A stretch of DNA of 64,000 nt from an uncultured virus (IMG/VR IMGVR_UViG_2061766007_000740) (lineage: Duplodnaviria > Heunggongvirae > Uroviricota > Caudoviricetes): the IMG/VR virus record IMGVR_UViG_2061766007_000740; one strand, given 5' to 3'. The notes beneath the pieces are model-generated. The model saw only the letters and a list, made by a program, of their open reading frames with translations. It was not told where the DNA came from and made no database searches. The translations under genes were made by a program, and so were the position numbers. Positions 32,201-42,939 of this stretch are shown one piece after another (within the stretch, counting starts at the first letter, position 1; each line of letters begins with the position of its first letter).

Positions 32201-35200
32201 GGCTTTGCAAGGATGTCGAGTATCTTCATCAAGCGCTCATTCTCTTTGTATGTATCAGAGAACGTGCCTTCTTTATCGCCTAACTTCTTATTGAAGTCAT
32301 ACATGCTTTGATACTCAGAGGCAATCTCGGCTATGTTCGATTTGACATTCTGATCCGTCGGCTCCCATTTCTTGATGTAGTCCTTCTCCTTGTCGGTAAG
32401 GTTCATGCCGCCAAAGAGGGCGTAGTTAGACATGTTGGTTCTGATACGGGAAGCATCTACACCGTTAGTACCTGCGATCTTCTCGAACTCACTTGAAATA
32501 GCAGCTAAATTTGTTTTCAGGCTAACATCAGTAAGGTTGCCTATCAGAGCGTTCAGAGCATTTACGATAGCAAGCGTCTTGCCTGCATTGGAGTTGTCAA
32601 GAGCAAGCGCATCTTGGTATGCTTTATCATTTGCGAGTTTGTCCTGGAAGTCTTTCGGCACATAACTCGATGCAAGCAGACCTTTCAATGCTTCGATATA
32701 CTGCTCGTTGCTGAAAGCGTTTATACCGAAAGGATTGTAGTTCTTGTCTTTCTCGCCGGTATATACCTTATAGTTATCGGATATTTTCTGTGAGGCATCT
32801 TGGAACGCTCTGCTGATGACATTTTGCAAAGCGGATGTGATATAACTCTCCGATTCTGCATACTTGTCATAATAACTCGAACGCTGGATGCTTTTCAATA
32901 CGCTTTCGCTTTCTCCGGAGAGAGCAGCAGCCGTCTCGGGTGTGAAGCCATAGCGCTTTGCCCATTTGTCGATGATGTCCGGAAGTTGATCCTCGGTAGC
33001 GCCAAGAGTCAAGTATTCTCTCGCGGCAGTAGAGAGCGCCTTTTGAGCGTTCTTTTGCTTCAACTCGTTACCAATTTCATTGTAGGTGGCAAATTCTCTA
33101 CCTGTATCATCCACCATGTAGGAAGTTATGTTCTTGTCCCTAACAACATTGGATAGGTTCTCAAGTTTTCCTTCTATATCACCGATGATATTGTCAATAG
33201 CCGTATTCTTGATGGTCTCGTGGCGCTCATACTCTTTCTTTTCAAACACGGCCTGTTTGATTGCTTCTGCAAGTTTGCCCCAACTAACAGCAGTACTCTC
33301 GGCTGCTTGTGCTTCTTGCAATAGAGACTGAACGATACCATCATTAACATACTCACCATAATTTGACTTGAGTGTATCAAGCGTATCTTTGTACTCTTTG
33401 GAGTTCTTGTTCAGCGTTTGTAGTTTGCCGATGAGTTTGTCGAGGCCAGATGTTAAAGAAACGGTATCTTTAGCAAACGACGTATTGATATCGTCAAGTG
33501 TGCTTTTCCATTCTTTCGATTTCTGTCGGGCCTTAATAATAGCTCCGACCAATGCACCAATAGCGATTAGCGCCGCATTGAACATCAACGAACCGAAACC
33601 TGTACTGAAAGCTTTTTGCAGAACATTGAATTTGGCTATAAGGCCATTTGCACGTGACAATTGCCTTGTCAAAATCCTCCATTGCAATCCAAGACTACGA
33701 ACCTTGGCATTCCATACATCGGTCAGAGCAACACATCTTGCAAGGATTTTCGGAACAATCTTAATTGCACCAATAGCAAGAATACCATTAACTATTGGAC
33801 GTATGTTTCTAACGATAGATTGCAGCAGAGAAACAATACCGCCAAGCAATCCACCTGTCGACTTTCCGAGTTTGTCAATGTTAATAGTCCAAAGGTCTTT
33901 CAACTTCTGCTTCTGACCATAGAGAGTGTCGGTAATACGAGACTGCATCTCGTAGAACTTACCGCCTTCCTTAGTCATATCGGAGAGGACAGAAGCGACC
34001 ATCTCGAACGATACCTGACGTTTCGAGATCAACTCAAACACCTCACCGGTCGTAACCAATCGACCGTTGAGAGCAGAGAACTTATCCGCTAACTTCTCAA
34101 CCAAAGGAATACCAGCCTCGGTGAACTGACGCAACTCTTGACCACGCAGAACGGAAGCGGCATTCACCTGACCATAGGCAAGGATAAGACGCTGCATATC
34201 TACGCCGAGACCGGTTGAAAGTTCGGCTAATTCATGTACGGTATCAAGTAGTTTGTCCGGATCGCCGTTACCAACATCATAAGCCGCCAACTGTTTTGTG
34301 TAACCAACCAATTCATAGGTAGTCTTAGGCGAGTTTAACGCCATATTCTTAATACGCAGAATGGCTTGCTCTGCTTTCGCTGCGGAGCCAAGAATACCTT
34401 CAAGCGCTACTTGTTGTTGTTGGAAGTAGCCGGTAGTATCAATAATCTTCTTGCCAAAGTCCCAAAGCATGAAGATATTGAGGTAGCGAGAAGCGGTAGT
34501 CCATAATTTACCAAGAATCTTCTCCTGGTCATTCAGAAGCGCGTTGTTCTGGTTGATTGCTTTTATCCTCGCTCTTTCCTCTCCTTCTCTGTTCTGCAAT
34601 GAAATCTGGTCCTTCTTCAAACTAACCAGATTAGCGTTAGTCTTTCCAACGGCTACATTGTACTTCTTCTGGAGTTCAAACAGGTCGGTATATTTCCTAA
34701 TGAGATTATCGACCGCTCTTTGCTCCATGTGAATCTGGTCGATCTTCTTGGCAAGAGTTCTCGACTTCGCTCTATCATCTTCCAGAGATTTTATCTTGGC
34801 GAGAATAGCCGCTTCTTTCTCGGCGTACTGATTGGCACGTTTTTGTGCATTGGCAGCATCTTGCCGCGCCTTTATCTCTTGTCGGATAGCAGCGATACGC
34901 TCTCTTGTTGTCTGTGTCTCGTTAAAGGAAGCACCGGAAGCAATTTCTCTGTTCTGCAAAGTATTCAGCAACCGTTGACGGAGTTTCAATTCTTCCTTCA
35001 AATCTCCTTTCGCTTGAGACTCATTTGCAAGACCAAGCTGCTGGTTATAAGTACGGAGGAATCGTGCATCGGCAGCAGATGCAACACCACTCATCTTATT
35101 TACGAGACCTTGATCAGCGAATGCAGTACCGGCTAATTGGCGTTGAATATCCAAGATGCGTTTTGATATGTTATACCGCTCTTGAAGTCCAACAAGCGTC

Positions 35201-35994
35201 TTGTCATTTGCCGAATTGAACTTCTGCAATAACTCCTCTTGTTTTGTAGCCAACGATATCAGACGCTCATCTTCCTTCTCCGCTTTCTTCTTTTGCTCTA
35301 CTTGACGTTGGAGATCGCGTACCAACTCATCATTCTTGGCAGCACGCATATTGCCGGAGTTAGTACCCCATTTGCGCATCTCATCGGAGATACGTTGAGC
35401 GAGTTGCAAGCGCTTCTGCAGATCGCCAGACTTGTCACCTTGGATAGCCTTCATCTGCTCACGGAGAACGGCAATACGCTTCTCCTGCTCTGCTCTCAAC
35501 TTCTGCTCATTAGCAATAGCAGTCTTGACGGCAGCGTCTTGCTTGTGAATCTCTCCAGTAGCAGTCTTCCAGTTCGCTATGTACAGTTCCTGGAGTTGGA
35601 TGATGGTTTGCAACTCGTTCACATTCCCAATGTTGAATGTATCGGGAGTACGAAGCATCGCTTTGAGACGCTTCATCGAGTTCTCCATCTTGTCAATACT
35701 GCCGAACAAGTCGTCGAACTTCAACGACTCCTTCTGCATAATGCCTTGTGCATCTGCTCGACTGAATGAAAACTCGAAATTCCTCTTGAACTTACTTGTG
35801 ATCTGGTCCCATGTCTTCGTCATCTTCTGCAATGACGCCTCGAACGCCTTCGTATTCAAGTGAGGCGCAATGTCAAGATGCTTCATCAATTGAGATTCGG
35901 TGCTCTCAACCTTCGAAGTAAGTCTGGCCAAATCTTTTTCTACTTGGCTTAATTCAATACCAACAGGTAAATTTAATCCACCAGAAGCTGCCAT
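29297..35994 (-). CDS. Tail tape measure protein (~2230 aa)
   Basis: KQLAAY, DMQRLILAYGQV, LRGQELRQFTEAGIP, MTKEGGKFY; C-terminal LSGGIESVTEDTA; after the last gap the frame continues to ...PLHVTMA* at 29297. Confidence 0.9.
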
Positions 35995-36034
35995 AATTTA
36001 ACTAATTTTGTATTTTTTATTCAAATTATTTGTG

Positions 36035-36060
36035 TATATCAGATATTTTTACTACCTTTG
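36035..36060 (+). promoter_or_regulatory. Bacteroidota promoter for pilin-like operon copy 2
   Basis: TACCTTTG(CAGC) at 36053-36060 with an upstream TTTG. Confidence 0.65.
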
Positions 36061-36095
36061 CAGCGTTTTTGCTAAAACGCTAAAATCAAGGATAT

Positions 36096-36938
36096 ATGAA
36101 AAAGACATTCTTACTCTGCGCTCTGTGCGCTCTGATGCTTCTCGGATGTAAGTCCAAGAACGATCCCGAAAACGTACAACAACATCAAGTCACTTTCCGT
36201 GTTCCACAACTCGCCGTTGAGACGCAGCCGATGGATGCACCTGCTATCCGAAAGGTCGCTCCACTGACCGATGAGGACGGATCGCAAATGACTGACCTCA
36301 TTCTCTTCGATGGTGCTACGTACCTGATGCGTCAGCAGAACACCGACCCGAACTTTGGAACTGTCACGGTTATGCTCACCGCCGGGGAGCACCATCTGCA
36401 CTTTGTCGCTACCCGTTCGACCGAACTGAGCTATGCAGAGGGCGTGCTGAACTGCGCTTCTCTCCGATCGACTTTCGGTAAGCACTACGACATCAACGTG
36501 ACCGGTGGGTCGGATGAGTATGTAACCATGGATCGTCTGACTGGCATGGTGGTCATCACTATCGAGGACGAGATACCGGCAGGTGCTGCGAACCTCCGCA
36601 TACAATTCGGCGACTATTACAAGGGACTGAACCCTACGACCTTTGCCGGTGTGCGTAGTGGCGACTTCGACCAGACGGTCAGCATCGCAAGCAAAGTAGG
36701 TCAAACGGATGTGCAATACAAACTCCCTGTCCTTGCACCTGTGTATGGCACCGAGAGCACAACGACCTACACGCTCACAGCCACCAATGGCAGCGGTGAA
36801 GTGATTGGTCAGGCAACAGGCACTATGCCAATCAACAGCAACACAAAGACACTGCTCCATGGCAATCTGTTCGTCGGTACTCGTTCATTCATCAGCCTTG
36901 CAACATCATGGGGAGCGGACAGCGACGTCTCTTTCTAA
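36096..36938 (+). CDS. Fimbrillin/Mfa-like Type V pilin lipoprotein (copy 2)
   Basis: Lipobox LLGC; paralog of 19390-20235 (SLRSTFGK, DRLTGMV, NTKTL..GNLF). Confidence 0.7.
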   Translation: MKKTFLLCALCALMLLGCKSKNDPENVQQHQVTFRVPQLAVETQPMDAPAIRKVAPLTDEDGSQMTDLILFDGATYLMRQQNTDPNFGTVTVMLTAGEHHLHFVATRSTELSYAEGVLNCASLRSTFGKHYDINVTGGSDEYVTMDRLTGMVVITIEDEIPAGAANLRIQFGDYYKGLNPTTFAGVRSGDFDQTVSIASKVGQTDVQYKLPVLAPVYGTESTTTYTLTATNGSGEVIGQATGTMPINSNTKTLLHGNLFVGTRSFISLATSWGADSDVSF

Positions 36939-36950
36939 CGCCTGAGACAC

Positions 36951-37409
36951 ATGTTCAGGAAGTTAAGTTCACAAACATATTGTGCGCTTCCGGTGATCCT
37001 GTGCCTGTTACTTTCCATTTCGGTACTAACAACGCTCCTGGTAGGGTGCAAACCTTCTAACCCGCCGGATGAACAATCGCAAGAGGATGATCATTTCGTT
37101 GAACCCAACGAGGTGATTGTCCTCGTGACAGATTCCGATGAGTGGTCCGTATGTCTTTTCAAAGAACACCTTGTCTATAGTGAGGCGGTAAAAACCAATC
37201 TACCTGCCCCGTGGTCGATCCCCGTTAGGTCGGAGGCACAAGTGCTGCGGACACTCGAATATGCTTCGCCTTCCGGAGAGCGCTTCATTACGTCAGATGG
37301 TTATACTTTCGGAATGCCGAGTGCTTCTGTCAGTAAGGCCGGCACAAAAACCCAATACAGTGTCCTCGGTCTGCATCGCCGCAAGACAACCATCGACGTA
37401 CCTTTCTAA
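36951..37409 (+). CDS. Lipoprotein partner (copy 2)
   Basis: Lipobox LVGC; DGYTFGMPSASVSKAG. Confidence 0.7.
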   Translation: MFRKLSSQTYCALPVILCLLLSISVLTTLLVGCKPSNPPDEQSQEDDHFVEPNEVIVLVTDSDEWSVCLFKEHLVYSEAVKTNLPAPWSIPVRSEAQVLRTLEYASPSGERFITSDGYTFGMPSASVSKAGTKTQYSVLGLHRRKTTIDVPF

Positions 37410-38161
37410 ATCTTCTCCTCCACGCCTCGGAAATGGACGTTCAGTTCATGCAGGTGCTCCAGCAGTACACCCATCGGCGTGCCTTTCGTCATCGCGGCGA
37501 AAGCGTTAACATCCTTTGGGAAACATTTGCCACCGTAACCTAACTTGCCGTCCGGACCCGGAACGAACGTGTGGGTGTCGTTGATATAACCCGACAGCAA
37601 CATGCCGTCATGCACCTTCTCCCAGTCTGCCCCCATCTGCTCGCAGTACTCGCGGCAAGCATTGAAATACGTCACCTTGTACGCTCCGAAGACGTTATGC
37701 ATGTACTTCGTCAACTCGGCCTCAAGAGACGACATGCAGACGTGCTTCTTGCCGATGAAGATACGCTCCAGCAGCTCGTGCTCGCCGGTGAACACCATCG
37801 TCTGGTTCGCGAAGTCCTCGATGAACGTCCGCTCCGTCAGGAACTCCGGCAGATAATACACCGTGTGACCAGTTGCAGCACTCAAGCGCTCACTCGTCCC
37901 GGGCAAGATCGTCGTCCTGACGAACACCGGCACGTCCGGTAACTTCCGTATCAACTCCTTCATCAGAGTCAGGTCTTGCGTCCCGTCGTCCTCCGTCTGC
38001 ACGTGAATCTGCAAGAACGCAATGTCAATACCACTCAAGTCGTCGTTGTAACCCTTGTACGGGTCGCTGATGAACAGCTTGCACTCCGGATTGTTCTTCT
38101 CCAGCCAATCCTTCAAGGCTCCTCCTACGAAGCCACATCCGATTATTCCTACGTTAATCAT
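37406..38161 (-). CDS. UDP-glucose/GDP-mannose 6-dehydrogenase family, short form without C-terminal domain
   Basis: GCGFVG Rossmann motif, PEFL, AELTKY..N, GYGGKCFPKD catalytic motif. Confidence 0.85.
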   Translation of the reverse strand: MINVGIIGCGFVGGALKDWLEKNNPECKLFISDPYKGYNDDLSGIDIAFLQIHVQTEDDGTQDLTLMKELIRKLPDVPVFVRTTILPGTSERLSAATGHTVYYLPEFLTERTFIEDFANQTMVFTGEHELLERIFIGKKHVCMSSLEAELTKYMHNVFGAYKVTYFNACREYCEQMGADWEKVHDGMLLSGYINDTHTFVPGPDGKLGYGGKCFPKDVNAFAAMTKGTPMGVLLEHLHELNVHFRGVEEKI

Positions 38162-38651
38162 CTTTCTTTTTCGTTTTGTAATACACTTTATCTACTAACT
38201 CGTGGTCCTCGATCACGCCGCCCCAATACGAGACAGCCACTCGACCACCCTTGACTTTCTTGTTAACCGAAAGGTGAGCCTCGTCGTACATCGACACGTA
38301 GCACAGCACACCTTCGTCCACCGATAGCAGCACGTCGCCGTTGTGCCGGACCGTGATGTTGCAGGGACGGGTCACGTGAATATCCACGTAAGCGTCACCC
38401 ATCACCGCCATGTCAGCCATGCCGTCGGCCTTCCGTGCGTTCTGAACGAAGATACCGTTCTTCGCCAACTCGTCCTGATCGACGCTCTTGAACTCGTCCA
38501 GCGTCGGCCAGTTGTGTTCGATGCAGAAGTCCTGGTACTTGAAGTACTTCTCACACAGATCACGGAGATTCGGTTCACCCCATGACTCGATTCCTCTCTC
38601 GCAGGCACCGAGGTTAATGGCTTCTTGTTTCAGTTTCTCTTGCAATTCCAT
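38154..38651 (-). CDS. Conserved Bacteroidota phage hypothetical protein
   Basis: LKQEAINLGAC...DFCIEHNWP pattern. Confidence 0.6.
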   Translation of the reverse strand: MELQEKLKQEAINLGACERGIESWGEPNLRDLCEKYFKYQDFCIEHNWPTLDEFKSVDQDELAKNGIFVQNARKADGMADMAVMGDAYVDIHVTRPCNITVRHNGDVLLSVDEGVLCYVSMYDEAHLSVNKKVKGGRVAVSYWGGVIEDHELVDKVYYKTKKKDD

Positions 38652-38859
38652 TGTTGTGATTTTTGAAATTTTGCGCAAAGATAGGTACTTTCAACCAAAG
38701 TTCAAGAAGGAAGTTGAGTATAGTTTTTGTTCAAAAATTGAGAATTATTTGCATATCTCAAATAATTTTTGTAATTTTGCAGCGTTTTTCGTTATGCGTT
38801 GTTTTATGACAGCGATTAAGACAATGCAAAAAACGCCAGAAAATGCAAGATTTTTGCAG

Positions 38860-39105
38860 AAGTTGTTGAATTGTTTTACAACAAAACACCATACAAACAC
38901 TTAACAGTCTGTAAATAAATAAGATACAAAGATTATGGCGAATATTGTGGCAATATTTGCAATGAAAAATAGGGCATGGTAGGAAAAATCGTGGGAAGTG
39001 AGGAGTGGACGAAGAAAAGAGTGGAAAAGGTGGCGAAATGGGATGAAGAAAATTAGGTTAATTTAGACGAAATGTTTTGCAATTGTTTTACAATAGTTTT
39101 ACAAC
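38860..39105. other. Probable attP region
   Basis: AATTGTTTTACAA at 38869 and 39081, GTTTTACAA at 39096; non-coding, directly upstream of integrase. Confidence 0.55.
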
Positions 39106-40365
39106 ATGGCAACATTCAAGGCGGTAGTCATTCCGGCACAACGGAGGCAGGACGGTACGTATAACGTCAAGATCAGAGTCACACATCAGCGCAAGTCGAG
39201 GTATCTATCGACTCCGTTCTACGTGACATCAGAACAGCTTACGCGCGGATTTAAGATTAAGGACATGCGCATATGCGATAAACTCGACGAGCGCATATCG
39301 GAGTTCCGGCATAACGCGGACGAGTTGGGTTTCCTGGCTGACGGGATGGGTATAGATCATCTGGTGGAGTTGCTGCAGAACCGCGCAGAGAGCATCGACT
39401 TCATCGCGTTCATGGAGAATTACTGCAAGCGGTTGGAGAAAGAAGAAGGTCGTGGCAGGTCGTCCGAGACGTTCATGGTGGCGGTGCGTTCGCTCAAGCG
39501 GTTCAACAACAACCGGCCGCTCTATTTCTCTGCGATCACGAAGACATACATGTACCGTTATTGGGAGTCCATATCGCACTTGAAGCCGAACACGAAGATT
39601 TCATACATCACGGCCATCAAGTCGATGTACCGCCGGGCGCAGAAGGAGTTGAACAATGACGACACGGGTCAGATCATCGTTCGGCACGGGGTGTTTGATT
39701 TGATTGAGGTGCCGCGAGAAGAAGCGGCGACGGAATTGGCTTTCGAGACGGTGGAGCAGATGCAGGCGGTTATCGACTCGCCGTACACCGGCACATGGAT
39801 ATTTGATTTCGCGAAAGACATGTTCGTATTCTCGTTCGTCTGCTTTGGGGTCAATCTGGCAGACATCGTAAGGTTCAGGAAGGAGGATTACAAGGACGGC
39901 GTGCTGACCTATCGGCGTAAGAAGGTGTCGAGACGGTTAGGCCATGGAGCCGAGATGAAGATTAAGGTTCCGGAGGTTGGACGGATCATCATCGAGAAGT
40001 ACAACGGTGATCCGGAATGGCTGATTGATTTCCGAGGCCATTCGAGGAAGGTTCGGGTTGCGCGGTGTATTCATGCCACGTTCCAGATAGCGGGCGTGGA
40101 GCCGAAGGGAGATTATCTATCCCGGACGGGACATTATAAGGGTAAGTATGTTTTCTATACCGCACGGCATAGTATGGCTACGTACGCACGTAACGTGTGT
40201 CATATAGATAAGGTGACGGTTCACGAGATGCTTAATCATGCGACACCCCAGGATATGAGAACCACGGACGTTTATCTGCGCCGTGATTACTCACACCTGT
40301 GGGAAGCAAATGAGAAGTTAATGGGATTGTTCGACTGGAGTTTCTATCTTAGCCAACGCAACTAA
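39106..40365 (+). CDS. int: Tyrosine integrase
   Basis: N-terminal arm-binding VKIRVTHQRK, YRRKK, YTARHSMATYA, MLNH, TDVYL. Confidence 0.92.
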   Translation: MATFKAVVIPAQRRQDGTYNVKIRVTHQRKSRYLSTPFYVTSEQLTRGFKIKDMRICDKLDERISEFRHNADELGFLADGMGIDHLVELLQNRAESIDFIAFMENYCKRLEKEEGRGRSSETFMVAVRSLKRFNNNRPLYFSAITKTYMYRYWESISHLKPNTKISYITAIKSMYRRAQKELNNDDTGQIIVRHGVFDLIEVPREEAATELAFETVEQMQAVIDSPYTGTWIFDFAKDMFVFSFVCFGVNLADIVRFRKEDYKDGVLTYRRKKVSRRLGHGAEMKIKVPEVGRIIIEKYNGDPEWLIDFRGHSRKVRVARCIHATFQIAGVEPKGDYLSRTGHYKGKYVFYTARHSMATYARNVCHIDKVTVHEMLNHATPQDMRTTDVYLRRDYSHLWEANEKLMGLFDWSFYLSQRN

Positions 40366-40569
40366 GAATTTCTTACGTGACTTATAGACGTTGCCGTCGA
40401 TCATGTAATGGCGGTAGGTTCGACCATACTCGAACTCACCTTTCCTGATGGTATGGTCGCAGATGGCGAAGCGACCATCTGATGTCTGCCAAGTTGATGA
40501 GCATTGGTCAGACATGTTGAGGTGGCATCGCTTGCGCCAATCTAACTTATAGAACTCTTCTTCTGTCAT
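40318..40569 (-). CDS. Hypothetical protein
   Basis: Last ORF of leftward operon; overlaps integrase 3' end. Confidence 0.55.
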   Translation of the reverse strand: MTEEEFYKLDWRKRCHLNMSDQCSSTWQTSDGRFAICDHTIRKGEFEYGRTYRHYMIDGNVYKSRKKFLVALAKIETPVEQSH

Positions 40570-40572
40570 ACT

Positions 40573-41028
40573 CTATCCCTCCTCTATTTTGTCGAGGACA
40601 TCGTTGATGCGAGTGGTCGCGGACTCGATGCTCCCGATGAGTTTCTTCTTGACTACCAAGTCGGCAATAAGGACATTCACTTGCTTGCGCAGAGTAGCCA
40701 CCGAACTGGTGGCTGCTCGTTGCTTGAGGTCTTCCATCTTCGCCTTGTAGTCGTCGATGATCTTCTGCTGGTCGTCGTTGCGCTTGTTCGCCGCCATCAG
40801 TTTGTTGTGCAGGTCCTCGATGATAGACATGTCGTCCGGCGTGTCCGTTCGGGAGATATGCTGCACTATGTCATGGCACTTGAACCATTGCGCCGCACCG
40901 CCTGGCAATGAAATCTTAACCGACTTAACAGGGAAGCAGACGTTCAGTACTGCACCGGTGATGTCGCCGATAACCTCCACGGTGTCGTATGGCCGCCACA
41001 CGTGCTTCATAAATTCTTGCTCGGTCAT
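40573..41028 (-). CDS. Hypothetical coiled-coil protein
   Basis: ATGA-coupled ORF starting MTEQEF. Confidence 0.6.
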   Translation of the reverse strand: MTEQEFMKHVWRPYDTVEVIGDITGAVLNVCFPVKSVKISLPGGAAQWFKCHDIVQHISRTDTPDDMSIIEDLHNKLMAANKRNDDQQKIIDDYKAKMEDLKQRAATSSVATLRKQVNVLIADLVVKKKLIGSIESATTRINDVLDKIEEG

Positions 41029-41366
41029 TGCTGCTCCTCCTTCTTTTGGTGTTTGAGATGAAAGTCGATGATGTAACGCTTGGTTGCGGTCTTGCACACC
41101 TCATCGACAGTCTTTCGGACGGATGCCGGCAGTTGCGATTTCTTTTCTATGATAAGCAGATACTCGTCATAGTATTTCTCCGGGTTCTTCTCCGGGTCGC
41201 CGAACTTCTGCAGCATCAGTTCGTACTCGTTGCGTCGGTTGTACCGTTCTTGGTACTTGCGCCGTGCGGCACCGAGTACGCGATGAATCTCTTTGCCTGC
41301 CTCTACGAAGAAAGGCAGCATCTCTTCCTTCGCGAACGAAGGTGTTGGTAATTGTTGCTCTGCCAT
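41025..41366 (-). CDS. Hypothetical protein
   Basis: EYLLIIEKKSQLPASVR motif. Confidence 0.6.
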   Translation of the reverse strand: MAEQQLPTPSFAKEEMLPFFVEAGKEIHRVLGAARRKYQERYNRRNEYELMLQKFGDPEKNPEKYYDEYLLIIEKKSQLPASVRKTVDEVCKTATKRYIIDFHLKHQKKEEQQ

Positions 41367-41368
41367 GG

Positions 41369-41641
41369 TTAGTCCTTTCTTAATGTAGGACATGGTGTCC
41401 AGTGCGTTACTTGGCTGACTGTGGTGTAGCCGGTACCATCGTCCGTGGTGTTGTTGCCGCAGTAGCCGATTTCTGGGTTGTACTTCTCCTGGAGCGGAGT
41501 CTCGAAGCCTTGTTTGTACACTTCCTTGTTATCCTCGAAGACGGTGATAGTGCCTTCTGTGAGGATGAGTTGTCCGGGTTTCGGAGTGTCTTCTCCGACT
41601 GGAATCCAGCGCGAAGCCGGAATAATCAATTTGTCGTCCAT
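41369..41641 (-). CDS. DUF551-like protein
   Basis: WIPVGEDTP...VTHWTP. Confidence 0.6.
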   Translation of the reverse strand: MDDKLIIPASRWIPVGEDTPKPGQLILTEGTITVFEDNKEVYKQGFETPLQEKYNPEIGYCGNNTTDDGTGYTTVSQVTHWTPCPTLRKD

Positions 41642-41658
41642 AATACGATCTTGTTTTT

Positions 41659-41865
41659 TTAGATTTGTAAATTGTTTGATATTTGATAGGACATTGCCAC
41701 GCTTGTAGCATATTCTATATCCCTACTCAACTTTTCAAAGTCGAAGCCGAGATTTATATTAACAGTACATTTCTTATCGGGTACTATCATGTAGTCAAGA
41801 GTGCCCTCATTCCTAAAGAATGGAACAACCTTCTTGCCTTTTAATGGGATAATCAGATTACTCAT
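41659..41865 (-). CDS. Hypothetical protein (AT-rich)
   Basis: ORF track; ATGA overlap. Confidence 0.5.
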   Translation of the reverse strand: MSNLIIPLKGKKVVPFFRNEGTLDYMIVPDKKCTVNINLGFDFEKLSRDIEYATSVAMSYQISNNLQI

Positions 41866-42122
41866 ACCTCCAATAGTATTTTCTTGGCGTTTTCGTAGTC
41901 CTCTTTGGAGATGACGGCAGACTGCGAATCTGGTGTTATCTTATGCCTCCCTTCGTCCAATCTCTCTACGATTACAGTTTTTACGCACAGCGAGAACCGA
42001 TCGCCTGTTTTGCTAATTGACGATATTCTGTCCGTCGAGATAATCAGCTCTTCAATCGCAGGTACGTTATTGCCGAACAAATCTTTCGGCTGCACATTTG
42101 TGAATTTAATAAACTTTGCCAT
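41862..42122 (-). CDS. Hypothetical protein
   Basis: ORF track. Confidence 0.55.
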   Translation of the reverse strand: MAKFIKFTNVQPKDLFGNNVPAIEELIISTDRISSISKTGDRFSLCVKTVIVERLDEGRHKITPDSQSAVISKEDYENAKKILLEV

Positions 42123-42127
42123 AATTA

Positions 42128-42679
42128 TTATTCATATTTTGTTTCACGAAATTCTACATTCACACCTACAACACCTTCTACTAACTCGTATTTGTCAAGC
42201 AGAACAACATTGCCATTTATAAAGTTGTATAGAGGGTATTCGTATTCCGGAAGGAAAAAGACTTTGTTTAATACGATTTTCTCTCTTAGGTGTCCGTAAA
42301 CGATTTTCTCATTCGCGATGACAGCGCCAAAGCGTTCAGAAGCGATTTTTATAGCCCTTTCTTTCGAGTCGCTTTCTATGTAGAAGATTATTCTTGGGTC
42401 GGGCTTCTCAAATAATCCTCTTTCATAATACTCTATGCAATCTTTCTTAGACAGGCATGAAGAAATATAGCAGCGTTCCACTTCCTTGTTTCTTAAACTC
42501 ATACGAACGGCAAATATATGCGTTTCTATTTCTATCGGCTCATCAAGTTCGTACTCTTCGATTCGCCAATCATCATCTTTTGTATCAACGTACTGTTCTG
42601 CGAGTTTTCTTGTCGAGAACACTCTGTCAATACCATAATCTGAATATTCTCCAGATGTTACAATAAATACTTTAGCCAT
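42128..42679 (-). CDS. Hypothetical protein (AT-rich)
   Basis: VFIVTSGEYSDYGIDRVFST..AE motif common in phage proteins. Confidence 0.6.
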   Translation of the reverse strand: MAKVFIVTSGEYSDYGIDRVFSTRKLAEQYVDTKDDDWRIEEYELDEPIEIETHIFAVRMSLRNKEVERCYISSCLSKKDCIEYYERGLFEKPDPRIIFYIESDSKERAIKIASERFGAVIANEKIVYGHLREKIVLNKVFFLPEYEYPLYNFINGNVVLLDKYELVEGVVGVNVEFRETKYE

Positions 42680-42813
42680 AATAGTTTTTTTAGTTAGTTT
42701 ATAACTTAATTTAGAAAAACTATAGTTTTAGTTATACAAAATGTGCACTTTTCTATGGGTAAAAGTACCCTGCCCCGGGTTTTAGGATACAACCCCTGGG
42801 GTGCAAAAGAGGG

Positions 42814-42939
42814 TTAGTTTTGGTTGGGGTTGGAGAAGCGTTTGGCATACTCCTCCAACTCCTCCCGTTCGTCCGCCGTGATGCGCTCACCGGCACATAA
42901 CTTGGCGTAGATACTACTCGCTTTCTCGACTGAGATCAT
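42814..42939 (-). CDS. 41-aa hypothetical protein (not in ORF track)
   Basis: TGATG overlap with upstream gene; MISVEKASSIYAKLCAG... Confidence 0.45.
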   Translation of the reverse strand: MISVEKASSIYAKLCAGERITADEREELEEYAKRFSNPNQN

